64,000 bases of DNA from Schmidtea polychroa. Its lineage: Eukaryota. The DNA lies in the NCBI GenBank assembly GCA_044892525.1, contig CM097885.1, positions 28,832,001-28,896,000 on the forward strand. The letters are read 5' to 3'. Within the stretch, counting starts at the first letter, position 1, and the number at the start of each line of letters is the position of its first letter. The position numbers were made by a program, and so were the translations under genes. Positions 17,010 through 30,587 of this stretch are shown one piece after another. The notes under the pieces were generated by a model. The model was not told the origin of the DNA, ran no database searches, and was given only the letters and a program-made list of their open reading frames with translations.

Positions 17010-19989
17010 GCATAGATGATCAAACTGAAAATGTCATTGAAGAAAATCATGTTTGAAAGTTGAAAATTTTCGGGTTTTCCATTTAACTCAGTAGAATTAT
17101 TAACCCTCCATACTCCTAGCATCCCTAGATGAACAAGACCCAACAAATTGTAAAGTATTATTTCCATCAAATAAGTGTATAATTATTCATACAATTTAAT
17201 TCTATTATAGCAAATAAATCTGTTTCAAATTTACATATACTAATACCGCGCTTACCACCTATTTCTAAATCAAATTAGCAAGCTTCATGTGCTTTCCATA
17301 GCTGGTTTTGTTTGACCAAACTGGTAGTTTCAATTATAAATAAGTTATTTGTAATCACTCGTTATAAATCATTGCTGGAGACCCCTTCATTTTTGCTATA
17401 TAAACACTATATAAACACTATAATCATCAAACATATCGATTTTTAATTCTAAAATTATCAAAAACTACTATTTTACTTTTTGATGATGATTGATGAGATT
17501 TTTTTAATTAATTATTAATTTAATATAAATTGTTACATTTACACCTCGTAGATAACTCCTTTTAATTTAAAAATATTTTATATATATTTAGTTTTTTAAT
17601 TATGTTGGGCTAGAACTGATTTTGAGACCAAGTGGTTGAGAGACGTCGGGATATAACACGCTAACATAACATCAAGTCGAGTCAAACTCAAACACATCCA
17701 AATATCAATTAAACAACTAAATAGAATTCAATCAACTCAAAAATAAAAGCAAGAAGTATTACAGGAAATAAACTCAAACACAACATAGATGCATAACAGA
17801 AGAAAGCAAATTTGAAAATATTACTATAGAAATGAACAAAAAACTAGAATGTTCTATAAAAATGGTGAAATCCATCATGACCTTAAAGTATTTTAGAGTA
17901 GTTAACTGAAAGATAAGAAATTTAAGAATTAGGTTAGCAAAAAACTAATCTGAAATAACAAATAAAATAATAAATAAAAAATGAAAAATAGAAAACATAA
18001 TAAGTAAATTATGAAAAATCACCATAAAAATTGATAGAATATTAAAATTCAAAGTTAAGTAGAATTAAAGTAATTTAAATTTTTCTTACTAAATCAATGC
18101 ACCACACATACTCGCACACCAAAATTAGGGTATATATACCGACGCATTCTAGTCACAATTTAACCAACTTGTGAATTGTAGTTACAATCTAATCTTTCTG
18201 TTTCTGTTAATCATTTTGTGAATTGTGGATCAAATTTGGATATACATCTTGTAGATAAAACTTACTATTTGTATTTTATTGATTTGGAAGTAAGGATTTT
18301 TTTTGTTTATTATATGATCATTACTAAATAGAGTTAGGTTCTAATCAAATGTTATTTACTATTCTTAGAACTAAATTTTTTTCAATAATGCATGATGCAA
18401 ACCATTTTCGGTCCACAGCCACTTTGCAAGCTGGAAGTCAGCAAAATCAAAATTATTTTCACTACGGGAAGTGGTAGTTGTACTACTCCATTTATTTGGA
18501 GTATTTGTAAGTAGGTAGATGTGAGCCCCATGAATCAGTATGAGTTATCGCGCATATATTGATTTTTAATTGCAAATTGTGCAAAGTGCAAAATGTGAAA
18601 ATGTGCAAAATGTAGTCAGAGGTGCTTTTCTTAGATTTAAAGATTTCACCCAGACATGGTCCACGAAAAAGATTTGTTATTTGTCGACACAGATTATTTT
18701 ATATGAAAATCAACGAAAAGATTTCTTTTCAATATAAATTTCACGTTTTTAAGGAATAAATTTGGAACATTGGGAACCAAGTATATTTAGTCAAGACATC
18801 CTTAACAGAAATGTTGTGTCTTGATTCAACTAAGAAAGTTCCGAAATAAAATCCTCGAAAAGTTTCTTGGTTCTCCCAGGAATTAAGAAAAGGTAAAAAC
18901 AATCGATAATTCTCAAAAATTCGGCTTTCCGGCGGACTGAAATATTTTCAACGCTTCTATTTATGACAGTGCATCGTATAATTTACATATTTTAATGGAT
19001 CTTTCTGCTTTCTATAGTAGTTATGAATGGAGATTTCAAATCTTTGTTCAAATGCATACTGTTATTGTGACAACTATGAATATTTGTTTAAATAAACTCA
19101 TTTGATTAATATATAGAGCCATTATAAATAGAGATATTAATACCAATGTTTTAGTTTTATATGTAATTTATATCAGAGATCTCGAATCTTTGTTTTAAAA
19201 ATTATTTTTCGCGCGCAATTTAAAAAATATTAACTATTTCTAATTAAATTTTCAAAACAATGAAACATTTATTAAAAACTATTTGAAATATTTATACAAT
19301 TCGTTAAGTAAAATGTTTACTGTTTGTTTTTTTTTGTAAGTAATACATTCTTAACATTGATATTAACAACATGAATCTTTTAGTAATTGAGTTTGCTTTT
19401 CATATCCATACATCATAAATTTATGGTGAAAATTAATGCGCTCTATGTTGATCCCAGTTGCCTGAAATATTTTGGCTAGTGCAATTTCCGGAGCCTAATT
19501 TATAATTTCATCTTTGTATACAATCTCTTTCCGTTTTACAGTAAATCCAAGATTGAATATACCAAGATGGAATCAGTATCAGAAATTGTTAAAGTGAAGA
19601 TAATTTAAGATAGCTATGAAATGATCAATCAAGCAAATAAAAATGTAATAATAATTGTTGACGATAGATATTTATTCTTTCAATGTTTGAGGCGACCATT
19701 TCAATTTTTATTTGAAACCTTAACTGATGCAAAACGCCTAGGATTTACTCTAATGCGCAACACTTTTGACGAAACGGTGAAATTTGATATTGATATTCTT
19801 CCAAAAACTGATACCATATTCAAATTTTAACTCTATATGGCATTTCAAGATGATTTTATATTACAGATATTGATCAATTACAAGTTTATTTATCAAAACA
19901 TTGTGCAAATATTTTCGCTGTTGTTGAATTAGACAAATTTAAAGAAAAATTTAAAGTAAAGATTCATCTTCATTTTATAAAAAACAAAT

Positions 19990-20460
19990 ATTTGGTGATA
20001 AACATTTGCCAAATTTTATTCTTGTAACTTTCCAATCAGAAGCACAATATAATGGTTCATATACAGAAACTAGCTCAAAATTCGCACATTTCAGTATAAC
20101 TTCTTTAACTTTATCGAAAAATTCTGATTATCGTGAAACATATACTCAAGATTTCGACAACGATAACTATGCTGCGACCTATATGCAATATATAGTTCGA
20201 AATATGGGTTAATTAGATAAGAATTTAAATTGTGGAATCAACATTGTAGATTTCAAGACCAAATATCCTTTCTTTACATTCATTTTGGCTCCAGATTTTG
20301 ATTGGAATCAAAGTCAATTGCCACAAAATGGAAATCTGAGACTTGATATCAAATTCAACAAGGCTTTAACATCTCCTGCATATGTAATTATTTATGGAGT
20401 TTTTGAAAGCGAAATACAGATTTCAGCAAATCGGTCAATTCTAGTTAAAACAAAGATGAA
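19990..20460 (+). pseudogene. Polinton/Maverick major capsid protein, C-terminal fragment
   Basis: PNFILVTFQSEAQYNGSY..KFAHFSITSL and GNLRLDIKFNKAL...VIIYGVFESEIQI match the Maverick MCP C-terminus. Internal stop present. Confidence 0.7.
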
Positions 20461-20496
20461 GTATGGAGTAAGTTTACTTTCTGATAAACGATTAAC

Positions 20497-20745
20497 TTGA
20501 TTAGTTATGTTCAGCTTAATTGTATTGCAACAAATCTGTTTGGAGACAAGTTTTTAGCAGTTTATCCGCTGGATAAAATCCCTTTTCTTGAAAGTAACAA
20601 TAATATAATAGTCAATACCCAATCCTCAAGTCTTGATGGTGAACATTGGCTAGATGTATTTGTTAAACCTGAAAAGATTAAAGTGTTTGATCCGATGGGT
20701 TACTGTTATCCGCCTCTGTTAGTGTCAAAGTTGTCGAAATTATCA
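20497..20745 (+). pseudogene. Polinton adenain-like cysteine protease, truncated
   Basis: IVNTQSSSLDGEHW...VFDPMG carries the catalytic His and Asp. The Cys-containing end is missing. Confidence 0.8.
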
Positions 20746-20754
20746 AAATTATTA

Positions 20755-21115
<361 letters not shown>

Positions 21116-22179
21116 TCCCTGATCAAAATTTAATAAAATCAATATTTTCTACAAATCAACAAAATATTTCACCTCATCTACCATCAAATACCTAATTAGA
21201 GATTATATTTTCTCATTTGATTGAAGAAAACTTTGATAAAATTATTCTGAGGTGCTAAGAATCTTCATTGAAATAGAATTATTAGTGAGAAAATAAATTG
21301 ATTGATCAAATTATTCATCGATTCCAACCAAATTTTATTATTCATTGAACTATATTATTCATAAAGGATGGAAATCTTAATTGAGATAGAATTAATGTCT
21401 ACTGGTATAATTGCTAAAGGAAAATACACTGACAAGTGGTATTGAAATGTTTTTAATGAAAAGTTGACGTATAAGATTGGAGATATATTAAGTATTTATT
21501 TAAAAAATATTTTACTAAAACATCACTTGAGTATTTAGTTCAATTTTACAGAAGAAATATTTGTGGGGTGAATATAAATCATTCAGTGATTATTAGTGTG
21601 AAAATAAATATTGTAAATCAGCGCATGTGTGTCTTTGTTATGTAATATGTCTTTGTTATGCAATATGTCTTTGTTATACAAAATTGAATGTAAAGATGGG
21701 GAAAGCTGGTTTGTAAATATTTCAATACAGAGATATAAAATGGATGAGAAAGATGTCACATCACCGATTTGGAAATTAGATAGTGCTCGAATTTCTCTGG
21801 GATTTTAATAAATGTTTAGTTTTTAATACATCTTTTAATATGTCTTTTATTATTTACTATCATAATGAGTTAAGTATAGATGAAAAATTTGTATTTTTTA
21901 AAAGTTGAAAATATGTGTGTATGTAAAAGTTGGCTGAAAAATGCATTGTTTAAGGTGTTATGATTATGAATTTGAAGTAAATAATGATGTCATTTTATAG
22001 AGATTAAAATTCTATCTATATATTGTTTGAGTGAAAATATCTCAATTTGTTTAAAAAGATGTGTAAATTCAAAAATTGGTGTACTAAAAATGAAATTTCA
22101 GAATTTTGATTACATCATAGTCTCATTTAATAGAGAATTAAATTTCAAGTATATTGAAATAAAAAATTCTTATAAAAAA

Positions 22180-22413
22180 TTAAAATTAATGATGTAATCA
22201 ATGATTAAAACAAAATTAAATTATTATGTAATCGATATTTAAAGCAAAAGTATTACGTAACCAATGGTTTAAACGAAAATTAGAAATTATTGCGTAATCG
22301 ATGATTAAAACAAAAAATTTAAATTAAAAAAATATTATGGGGTGGGGACATTTTAAAAATTTTTACAAAAAAAGTAGGGGGGCCTGGATCTGGACCCTAC
22401 ATAACTACCTACT
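22180..22413 (-). mobile_element. Probable Polinton terminus with subterminal repeats
   Basis: Minus strand begins AGTAGGTAG, followed by a C-rich block. Short tandem repeats resemble 59120-59245 in inverted orientation. Confidence 0.55.
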
Positions 22414-22419
22414 ATATAT

Positions 22420-22660
22420 ATATATATAACAAAATGATTGCATATTAAAAGAGGATTGTTCTGCAGGACTGAGAATGAAAAGCTGTTTGCCATTTCTCTG
22501 GTAATAATGATTTACTTTATTATCTGCTATTTCCTCTACATTCTTTAAAAAATCAAATATGCAATTTAACCCAATAAATTGAAAATATGAGGAAGCTCCG
22601 CTAAAATTGTTTGTCAGCAAAAGTCCAGCTGAAATCGGTATGTTTTTTTTCGGTAAGTTT
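22420..22660 (-). pseudogene. Fragment resembling the N-terminal region of Polinton pPolB
   Basis: YFQFIGLNCIFDFL...LSPAEQSSFNMQSFCYI parallels ISPEQFTEYENSTICWL at ~44250. Confidence 0.5.
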
Positions 22661-24810
22661 TTCCTGATCATCTTGTAATTTTTCGATATTATTTACCGTT
22701 TTAATTGCCATGAATATTGTATTTTCGCAATTTTTCTCATCTTGATCAACATTATTTTCTAAAGGTATTCTCGACATAGCATCCGCATTTGCATTTGACT
22801 TTCCTGTACGATACTTTATCTCGAAATCATATTCTTGCAACGCAATTGACCACCTAATTAATTTACTGGCCGAATCTCTGTGCTTCATTAGCCATTGTAA
22901 CGGATTGTGATCCGTAAAGACAACAAATTTTCTGCCTACTAGGTATTGTCGAAAAGTGGTTATCCCATATACCAATGCTAACGTTTCTTTTTCGATTGTC
23001 GAATAATTTTTTCATGAGGTTTCATTGATCTGCTGGCATAAGCAATTAAATGATCTTTTTCCCCTTCTACTTGCTGTCCTAATACCGCGCCTAATGCGAA
23101 ATTACTGGCATCTGTCATTAATGTAAACGGTTTTTTATAGTTCGGACATCTTAATATCGGCTGTTTTATTAAGCTTTCTTTGAGTTTATCAAACGCTTCC
23201 TGCTGAGCTGTTGTCCATTTAAATTTTGCTTGCTTTTTCAATAACATGTTCAAATGTTGTGCGACATGTGAGAAACTTTTAATAAACTTTCTGTAATAAC
23301 TAGCTAATCCCAGAAATTGTCGAACCTGATCTACATCCTTGGGACTAGGATATTTCTTAATTTTCTCTACATTTTCTGGATTTGGTTGCAAACCTCGACG
23401 CGAAATAATATGACCCACATAAACGACTTCAGATTTCCCCCATTCACATTTGGAGGGTTTTATTTTTAAGTTTGCTTCTAACAATCTCTTGAATACTGTT
23501 TCCACATCCTTCAAATGTTCCTGAAAACTATTCGAAAATATTATAATATCGTCAATATACACTAATGCATGTGGTATATCGCGCAAAACAAAATTCATAC
23601 CTCTCTGAAATGTAGCAGGTGCTCCTGTTAATCCGAATGGTAACACGTTAAACTCATATAGACCCTTCCCATCTGAAAATGCAGTTTTCCTTCTATCTTC
23701 CTCTTTGACTTTAAATTGATTGTATCCTTTATTAAGATCTATTACCGTAAAATATTGCACCTGCCCCATTTGATCGAACATTTCCTGTGGAACAGGAATA
23801 GGATATGTATCTTTTCTCGTAACTTGGTTCAATTTTCGATAGTCGACACAAAATCTTAAATCACCGTCCTTCTTTTTAACTACTACTATTGATGATGAGA
23901 ATGGTGAGGAACTTATTATATTGAATTCTTTCATTGCTTTGATTTGCCGATCACTTTCTTCCTGATGTATGTATGGTATTCTATACGGCCGTAATTTTAT
24001 TGGGGTTTCGTTGAGTAATAGTATTTCATGTTCAATCACCTGAGTGAGTCCCAGATCATACTCATGTTTTGCAAATACATTTCTATATTTCTTTAATAAT
24101 AAACCAAATTCTTGTTTTTGCAAATCCGTTAAATCTTTGCTTGTGATCTGAGGTTCTTTATAAATTTTTATATTTCTCGGTAACTTCTGAGCTTCCTCTG
24201 ATTTGATTTTTGTTAATTTTCCCAATTTGGTTTTGGGCTTTATTTCAACGGATCTTGCACTATAATTCGCTATTCTAACTGGTACTGACTTATTTTGGAC
24301 TTTCACTACTTCGTCACACATAGGCACATCGTATTTTTCAACCAGCTTTTGATTTGGCTCAAATATGTACTCCTCATCTGAGACCCTCAAAGTATATTAC
24401 TTCGCTTTTTGATGGTACTTCCAATGTTTGGTTTAGAAATACCTCTCCTACTTCAGGCACTATTTCACCCATTTGTCCTTTTATTAGTTTTCCAGTTCTC
24501 AGATCAAGAGAGATTCCATGTAGTTGCTCCATGACATCCATGCCAATAAGACATTTTACAGGACTTTTTCTCATCACTGATACCCAATGAATTATTTCTT
24601 GATCTCCAATTATCAGTTTAACTTCTAATTTTCCAACAATATTTAGTGCATTATGTGACATTGATTTAATAATGTGATTCGTTGGTTTTATTTTGGCTCT
24701 CTCCTGATACGTCAAGAAGCTTTCCGCTACTATAGTATGACTTGAGTTTGAGTCTAATAAAGCTTCCACTTTTCTCTTGTTAAACTGTATGTTTATTCGA
24801 GGTTGTTTTC
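22660..24810 (-). pseudogene. Gypsy pol: protease, RT, RNase H
   Basis: ALLDSNSSH (degenerate DSG), RFCVDYRKLN, LPFGLTGAPATFQ, YIDD, FLGLASYYRKFI, TDASNFALGAVL, FTDHNPL, NANADAMSR. Frameshifts near 24385 and 23000. Confidence 0.95.
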
Positions 24811-25229
24811 CTCCTACTACTGTTGTCATTAGTGCATAGCTGCATGGTAGACCAAGCATATTCTTTCTTTCAATTTCAGCACTCGTTGGTTCAATCTTCT
24901 CTAATTCTATTGTGATATTATCGACCGATTTCATCTCTTTTAGTTTTTCACTTGGATATACTGGTGCTGTTGGTCTAAATGTCGGGGTGTACCATCTACT
25001 AAAAGTATCAATACCGCTTAATTTTGGCATTGGTTCAAGCAAGAACCTAGACTCTGGCTCTACTTTACTCTTTATTACACTTTTTCGAAAGCATTTATGA
25101 TCCAATTCCCCGTTGTTGTTATCATCATTATGATCGTCGTTTTTATCTTCCGAGTGACACGTAGATTCCTCACTTTTCCGGCCATTTCTGAATTGTGCCC
25201 TTACTCTTGCCATTTCTTTAAATTGATGA

Positions 25230-27033
25230 TCTGTAATAAAGAATCTAGCCAACAATGGAATACAACCAATAATTTATTTCCATGACCATCCCGATATTGC
25301 ATATATTCGATGTACTGACAACATTTGCGACACTACCACCTTTGCCGTTATCACAATCACGTAAATTCCAATTAAACCTGCACATGCTTGTCCCAAAAAC
25401 ATGAACCTGCCCCAAATCTTTTCCATCGTTTTATATGTAGCTCGTTTGAAATGATCAGGTGTTAGCAAATTTCCGTAATTTACTGTTCCTTCTCCATTCG
25501 GTAATACTGTGTCAATCATTTCTGAAATTATCCGTTCCTTTTTGGATGGAAACAACAAATTCCTTTGAGCTTCTTCGATATCTTCGCTTGCATACAAGCC
25601 CATTTGTGCCATTTTGTTCAGTGATGTGAAATTTATCAGGTATTCTAAATTTGTTAATTCTAGTTTGTCTGGAGTCTTGACCCCACGATAGTCTGGTAAG
25701 GCTATCCATGAGTCGGTAGCTAATCGGTATAAAGGGGCAAATAATCGATTGCATTGCAAAAGTTTTGGTTTAGTTTGTTCATCAAGCAAGATTCTAGTTA
25801 TCGGTTCCATAAATCGTACCTTTCCCCCAAAGCTTACTGGTAATTCGTTCGTACATTTTTCGTATTTGGCAATTTTCACTGTGACTTCTTTGCATTTGTA
25901 ACTGTATAATGCTTCTCCAAATATTCTCGCAAACACTCCATTTTCTGATATTAGCATAGGTGCTACTAAATTTGGATTCGTAATTGCCATCGCCATCCGA
26001 TTTCGGAGAATCTCTTTATTCAACTTGCAATCGTTCAGAATCATTTCTCTATATACATTTTCCATGATGTTTTGACTAAAATGAAACAAATAATCAATTT
26101 TATTATTAAAATAATGAGTAAGTTTAATGTCATCTTTATGAATTTTAATTTTTGCTTCTTCCACAACATTTCTAGACACGTGAACACCTTTATAATTTGT
26201 CACATATACCATTCGACCACATTTATTTGTAATTTCCTTTTTTATAAATCGCATTCCATCTGCTGGTAACGTAGACATTAAAACTGTTCCCATTTATTTT
26301 GTCCATACTGGGGTTGATTTAATGGTATTATTTGGTCTATAATTCATATTGAAATTATCTGGTTTATCTCTAAACTGTTCTCCTACTAGTTCTTTAAAGT
26401 TCATAGTTTTTAAGTGCGCTAAATTACACTTATTTGTTTCTACATTATAAACAAGAATCGATTCCCCTGTTTGACAATGTGTTTGTTTCATATAACAGAA
26501 TGGATGAGTTTTCTTCTAGCACTACTGTTTGCTGAATAATTTTACCGTTCATTTTATATGGTTCACCTTCACAGTCGCCATTTGCTTTCATAACTCCCTT
26601 TACAATTATTGTTTCTCGTATCCTATGATTCAATTTTGCCTTTAAACGAATTTCTGGACTTATTTTTAATTCTCCTGTTTGAAATGCTGCTAGACAGTTT
26701 TCTGGAAGCACCTCGACTGGCCTAGGTATCGCATGCATTTTTATGAGTGACGTATGGCTCCATTTACCACAATAGAATACAAATGTTGTATGTTTGACAA
26801 TACACTCTCTCACTTGAGTTCTTCGCAAATCAAACTCTTGATACACATAATATTTTACGTCATTTTCTATTTTAAAAACTGCTCGGATACGCACCTGGGC
26901 ATTCCGACATATCTACTACCGAATAAACTTTTCCCATTTCAGTTTGGGAACAATCGTACGCAACTAAAGATGATATCTGTGTAATTATTGCACAAAACGT
27001 ATTCACCATAAACATCGCCCATGGAAATATCAT
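25230..27033 (-). pseudogene. Chuvirus-like (class III fusion) envelope glycoprotein
   Basis: Signal peptide then AYDC..YSVVDMSECP, FYCGKWSH, C.G, NDCKLNKEIL, GEALYSYKCKEVTV, CTNELPV, FMEPITRIL, C-terminal TM FMFLGQACAGLIGIYVIV and GWSW. Two frameshifts and two stops. Confidence 0.85.
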
Positions 27034-28947
27034 AGTTTTTCTTAGTTCTGGCTTAACTCTTTCATTTACTCGTCTTTGTGGTGGACTCATTTCTTGCTTC
27101 TCATTTTTCTTTTCTGTTAGAGATGAACACAGTGTTTTCCAACCACCTTTTTCGTTTACCCAGCTCATTAAATATTCGTTTACTAGCCGGGCAGCGATGT
27201 CTATCAAATTTTCTAACTTGTCTGACCTTGCGAAAGTATGCGTTCCAATTTCTAAAACAACATAAGTTAAAGCTATTATTATAACTTCCTTATTAATTTC
27301 ATTTTTTGTCAAATTTTCAATTACTGATCTCTCGCAAAATGTATTCTCTTCGCCAAATTTCTGCATCACTTCAGGAAGCCTATTCTTGATCTCTTTAACT
27401 ATTTCTTTCAGTTCATCATCTACCTCTATTTCTATGTCGAACATTGGATATACTGCTTTAACGAGGTGTTTCAACATTTGCTTAGTTTCGTCGACGTCTT
27501 GTTCCAGCCTCACTAAATATTTCTTTATTTCATATAAAGTTCTAACTTTCTTATTTTTGATTTCACCATTTATTTCGCCTTCGGGTACAAGTGGCTCTCC
27601 TTGTACGTCTGTTTCAGTGGACTGATCTTTGTTATCAAGATCTTTTTGCTCATCATCACTAACGATTTCATCAATTTCTTTATTTCCCTTAACTTTTTCA
27701 CCTTGTTCCTCTGTGTCAGGCTTGTTAGACTCAATATTTACTTCTAAACTCACTCCTTTTACTACTACTATATGGTTCACTAAATATCCCACTCGTCCAT
27801 CTCGGATCAAATATCCATTTTCATCCAGCTCTTGTGGTACACACCCACAATCATATAGGTATTCATCATCGTCAAGTTCTTCACCTTTGTACATTACTAT
27901 AATAATTCCATCTTTTCCCAGCGTTTCAGCCGCTCTCTTCCGCAATTTTCGGACCTTTGCACACCAATGCTCATCTACATATTCAGTTTTCCCATATCCC
28001 TCATAATCTAATGCTATAAAAAATGGCTTTAACTCTACTCTTGCCTTTCTAAGCTCCTTGCCCAATCTTTGCAATAAACTTCTTAATAACTTGGCATATC
28101 TGGTTTTCACATGTAAATATGGTCGTATTGCATTCACTATTTTTAGTTTATCGTTTTCCTCCATTTCTAATTTCTCAATAATCTGTAACTTCTCATTGAT
28201 TTCATCTTCATCTCCAATATATAACGTATCATTTAATTCCTCTAATATCTCTCTTGAATTCCTTTTGTCTATTATTTCACTACTCATTATTTCATCATTA
28301 GTAACTACATTTTCCATTTTTAATTCATTTGTACTTCCTGGTATAAATCCGCAATCTACCAAAAATTCGTCATTTTCTAACAATCTCTCATTAAATCTCA
28401 ACTCTATCATGCATCCTTCCTTTTTTTCTTTTAATTTATTCTTTAAATCATTTACACAATCATTTGCCTCACAACGACAACATAATACACTTTTATCAAT
28501 CTCGTTTACTACTTCCACAAAAATGAAATCTAACTCTGTTTTCTCTCTCAAAGTTTTTCCAAATATTTTCATTAATTTTTTAATTTCGTCTTTATACTTT
28601 GGATTCATATTATAATAGTTAACGCACAAGCTAATTACACTTTTTATCTTTCTCATACTCAAAGATATTTGACTTAATTCTCTTAACGATTTGATTACTT
28701 TAGCCGACTCTATTTCATTATTTCCAATTAGTTTTTCGATTCTTGTCATTATCATTGTTGCTTTTACACTTTCTAAATCATCTTTTATAACTCTCCTTTT
28801 CGATTGCTTTTCATTTAATTCCTCTTGCGACTCATACATCATGTGATTATTGTAGTCCTCTTCTGATTCAAACTTTGACATCAATCGATCCAAACGTCGA
28901 CCCATTTCTCTCACTTCGCTTTCAATTCTTTCATTAAAATTATCTGG
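27034..28947 (-). CDS. Accessory region: two helical+ubiquitin-like modules and a Bcl-2-like domain
   Basis: UBL-like LRFNERLLENDEFLVDCGF and MYKGEELDDDEYLYDCGC. BH1-like NEINKEVIIIAL and BH2 LMSWVNEKGGWKTL. Confidence 0.7.
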
Positions 28948-30212
28948 CTACATTATCCATCTGCGGTTTGTCACTCTGAAACCTAATCGATTTTGGAATT
29001 TATCCATATTTCTTGGACATGATCTGGCCATCTGTCCATAACTTCTGCATGAATGGCATTGAATTTGTCCTTGTAGATTTACTTTATCTCTCTGCGGTGA
29101 TGGTGATGTTGATGTTGATCTTGACCTGGCAAAACAATTTCGTGACACATGCCCTTTTCTTCTGCAATTAAAGCATTGCAAGTTATCATTAGTTCTCTGA
29201 TCATTAATGTTTGCTTTAGTGAAACTTTTCGCACCATTTCCTTTTAACCAATCGGGTCACATTTGCCTTGGACTACGTTGTACATTATTTTTGGACCAGC
29301 ATTGATTGCTGTCATGTCCCATTCTTTGGCAATTATCACACTGAATCGGAATTGGGCTTCTCTGTACTTTATTTTTAAACCAGCATTGGTTAACATGGTG
29401 TCCAATCCTTTAGCAATGACTGCATTGGATGGGACCTTCCTTTCTATCTATTTGAATATCTGTTGACTTGTTCGACTCAAATTTGGATCTAAATTTTGGT
29501 GATGGACTACTTGTTTGTTGAAAACGATTGTTTCTAATTGGGGTTATTGCTCTTTCGCTTGCGCCTGAGATGACTGCAAACGACTCTGATTTCGACTGTG
29601 TGCTTTTTAAATTTAGCTCAATTTTCATTGCCTTTTTGATCAATTCATCAAAGTCATTAAAATCAACATAGCATAAAGCCTTTTTAATTTCTTTCTTTAC
29701 TCCTGACAAGAATTGATCCTGCAGTAATTCTTTTACCTGCTTTGCCATCTCGGCCTGTTCTGGTTTCACTTCGAACGCTTTCTCTGCAAGAGTTGATAAA
29801 TGATAAGCAAACTCACTTACCGATTCCTCTGGCTTTTGTACGCGGTTATAGAATTTCTGTAGCATGACCTTTTTATATCCCCTCCGATTAATTTCGTGGC
29901 TAGCGCGTCTTTCAACTAGGTCCAGTCATTTGCTACTAATCTTTTATCAATTTGTTGCCACGTTTCTCTGGCTGCTCCTTTCAGGTATAGCGGTAATCTT
30001 TGCACCATTATCGATTGGCTCCATCCATAGGCTGTCGCATACATATAGAAATCTGCCATAAAATCGACAAATTCCAATGGATCTCCACCGTACTGATCTA
30101 CAGGTAGTTTTTGACAACTCGCATAATCATTGCCTTCCTTGCTGTTGCCCACCGTGGACACAGGTGTTTCATCATTGTTATTTGTATTATTGGTTAGTCT
30201 TTGGGTACTCAT
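28948..30212 (-). pseudogene. Gypsy gag with four CCHC-type zinc knuckles
   Basis: LPLYLKGAARE, RVQKPEESVSEFA, DQFLSG. Knuckles CSHC*RIGHHVNQC, CDNCQRMGHDSNQC, CFNCRRKGHVSRNC, CHSCRSYGQMARSC. Confidence 0.92.
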
Positions 30213-30565
30213 TAAATTCTCTATTAGTGTTTGGCTTCTCAATTTATAAAATGATCGGGTCAACCCAGGCTTTAAAGTGTTACAATTACAAAATTTACCT
30301 TTCGTTTTAATTTTGACTTTTCAACAATCAATCGCCACAAATTTTCCCACTTTGCTTCAATAATAAAATCACCACTTTAATAATTCTTGAATGATGTTCA
30401 CCACTTTCAAATAAACGTTTCACTTCAATATTTATTTATTTAATTATTATCTTTTTCCAAATTCTTCGATACTTTACCAATCTCAACAAATTTTCACCGA
30501 TCTTTTTTACTCCTCGGTATCACTCAAATATTATCACAATTTCAACAACTCTTCACCGACTTTTG

Positions 30566-30583
30566 ATCACGTCGGGCTCACCA
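30566..30583 (-). promoter_or_regulatory. Primer-binding site, tRNA-Trp type
   Basis: TGGTGAGCCCGACGTGAT, 4 nt after the LTR end. Confidence 0.85.
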
Positions 30584-30587
30584 AATA

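Noticed and set aside
17603..18330. Possible further solo LTR starting TGTTGGGCT
   Set aside because: No matching 3' terminus or TSD could be identified.
27078..28615. Plus-strand ORFs antisense to the Gypsy accessory region
   Set aside because: Ser/Phe-rich shadow frames of an A-rich coding strand. The same holds for antisense ORFs over the BEL and Polinton genes.
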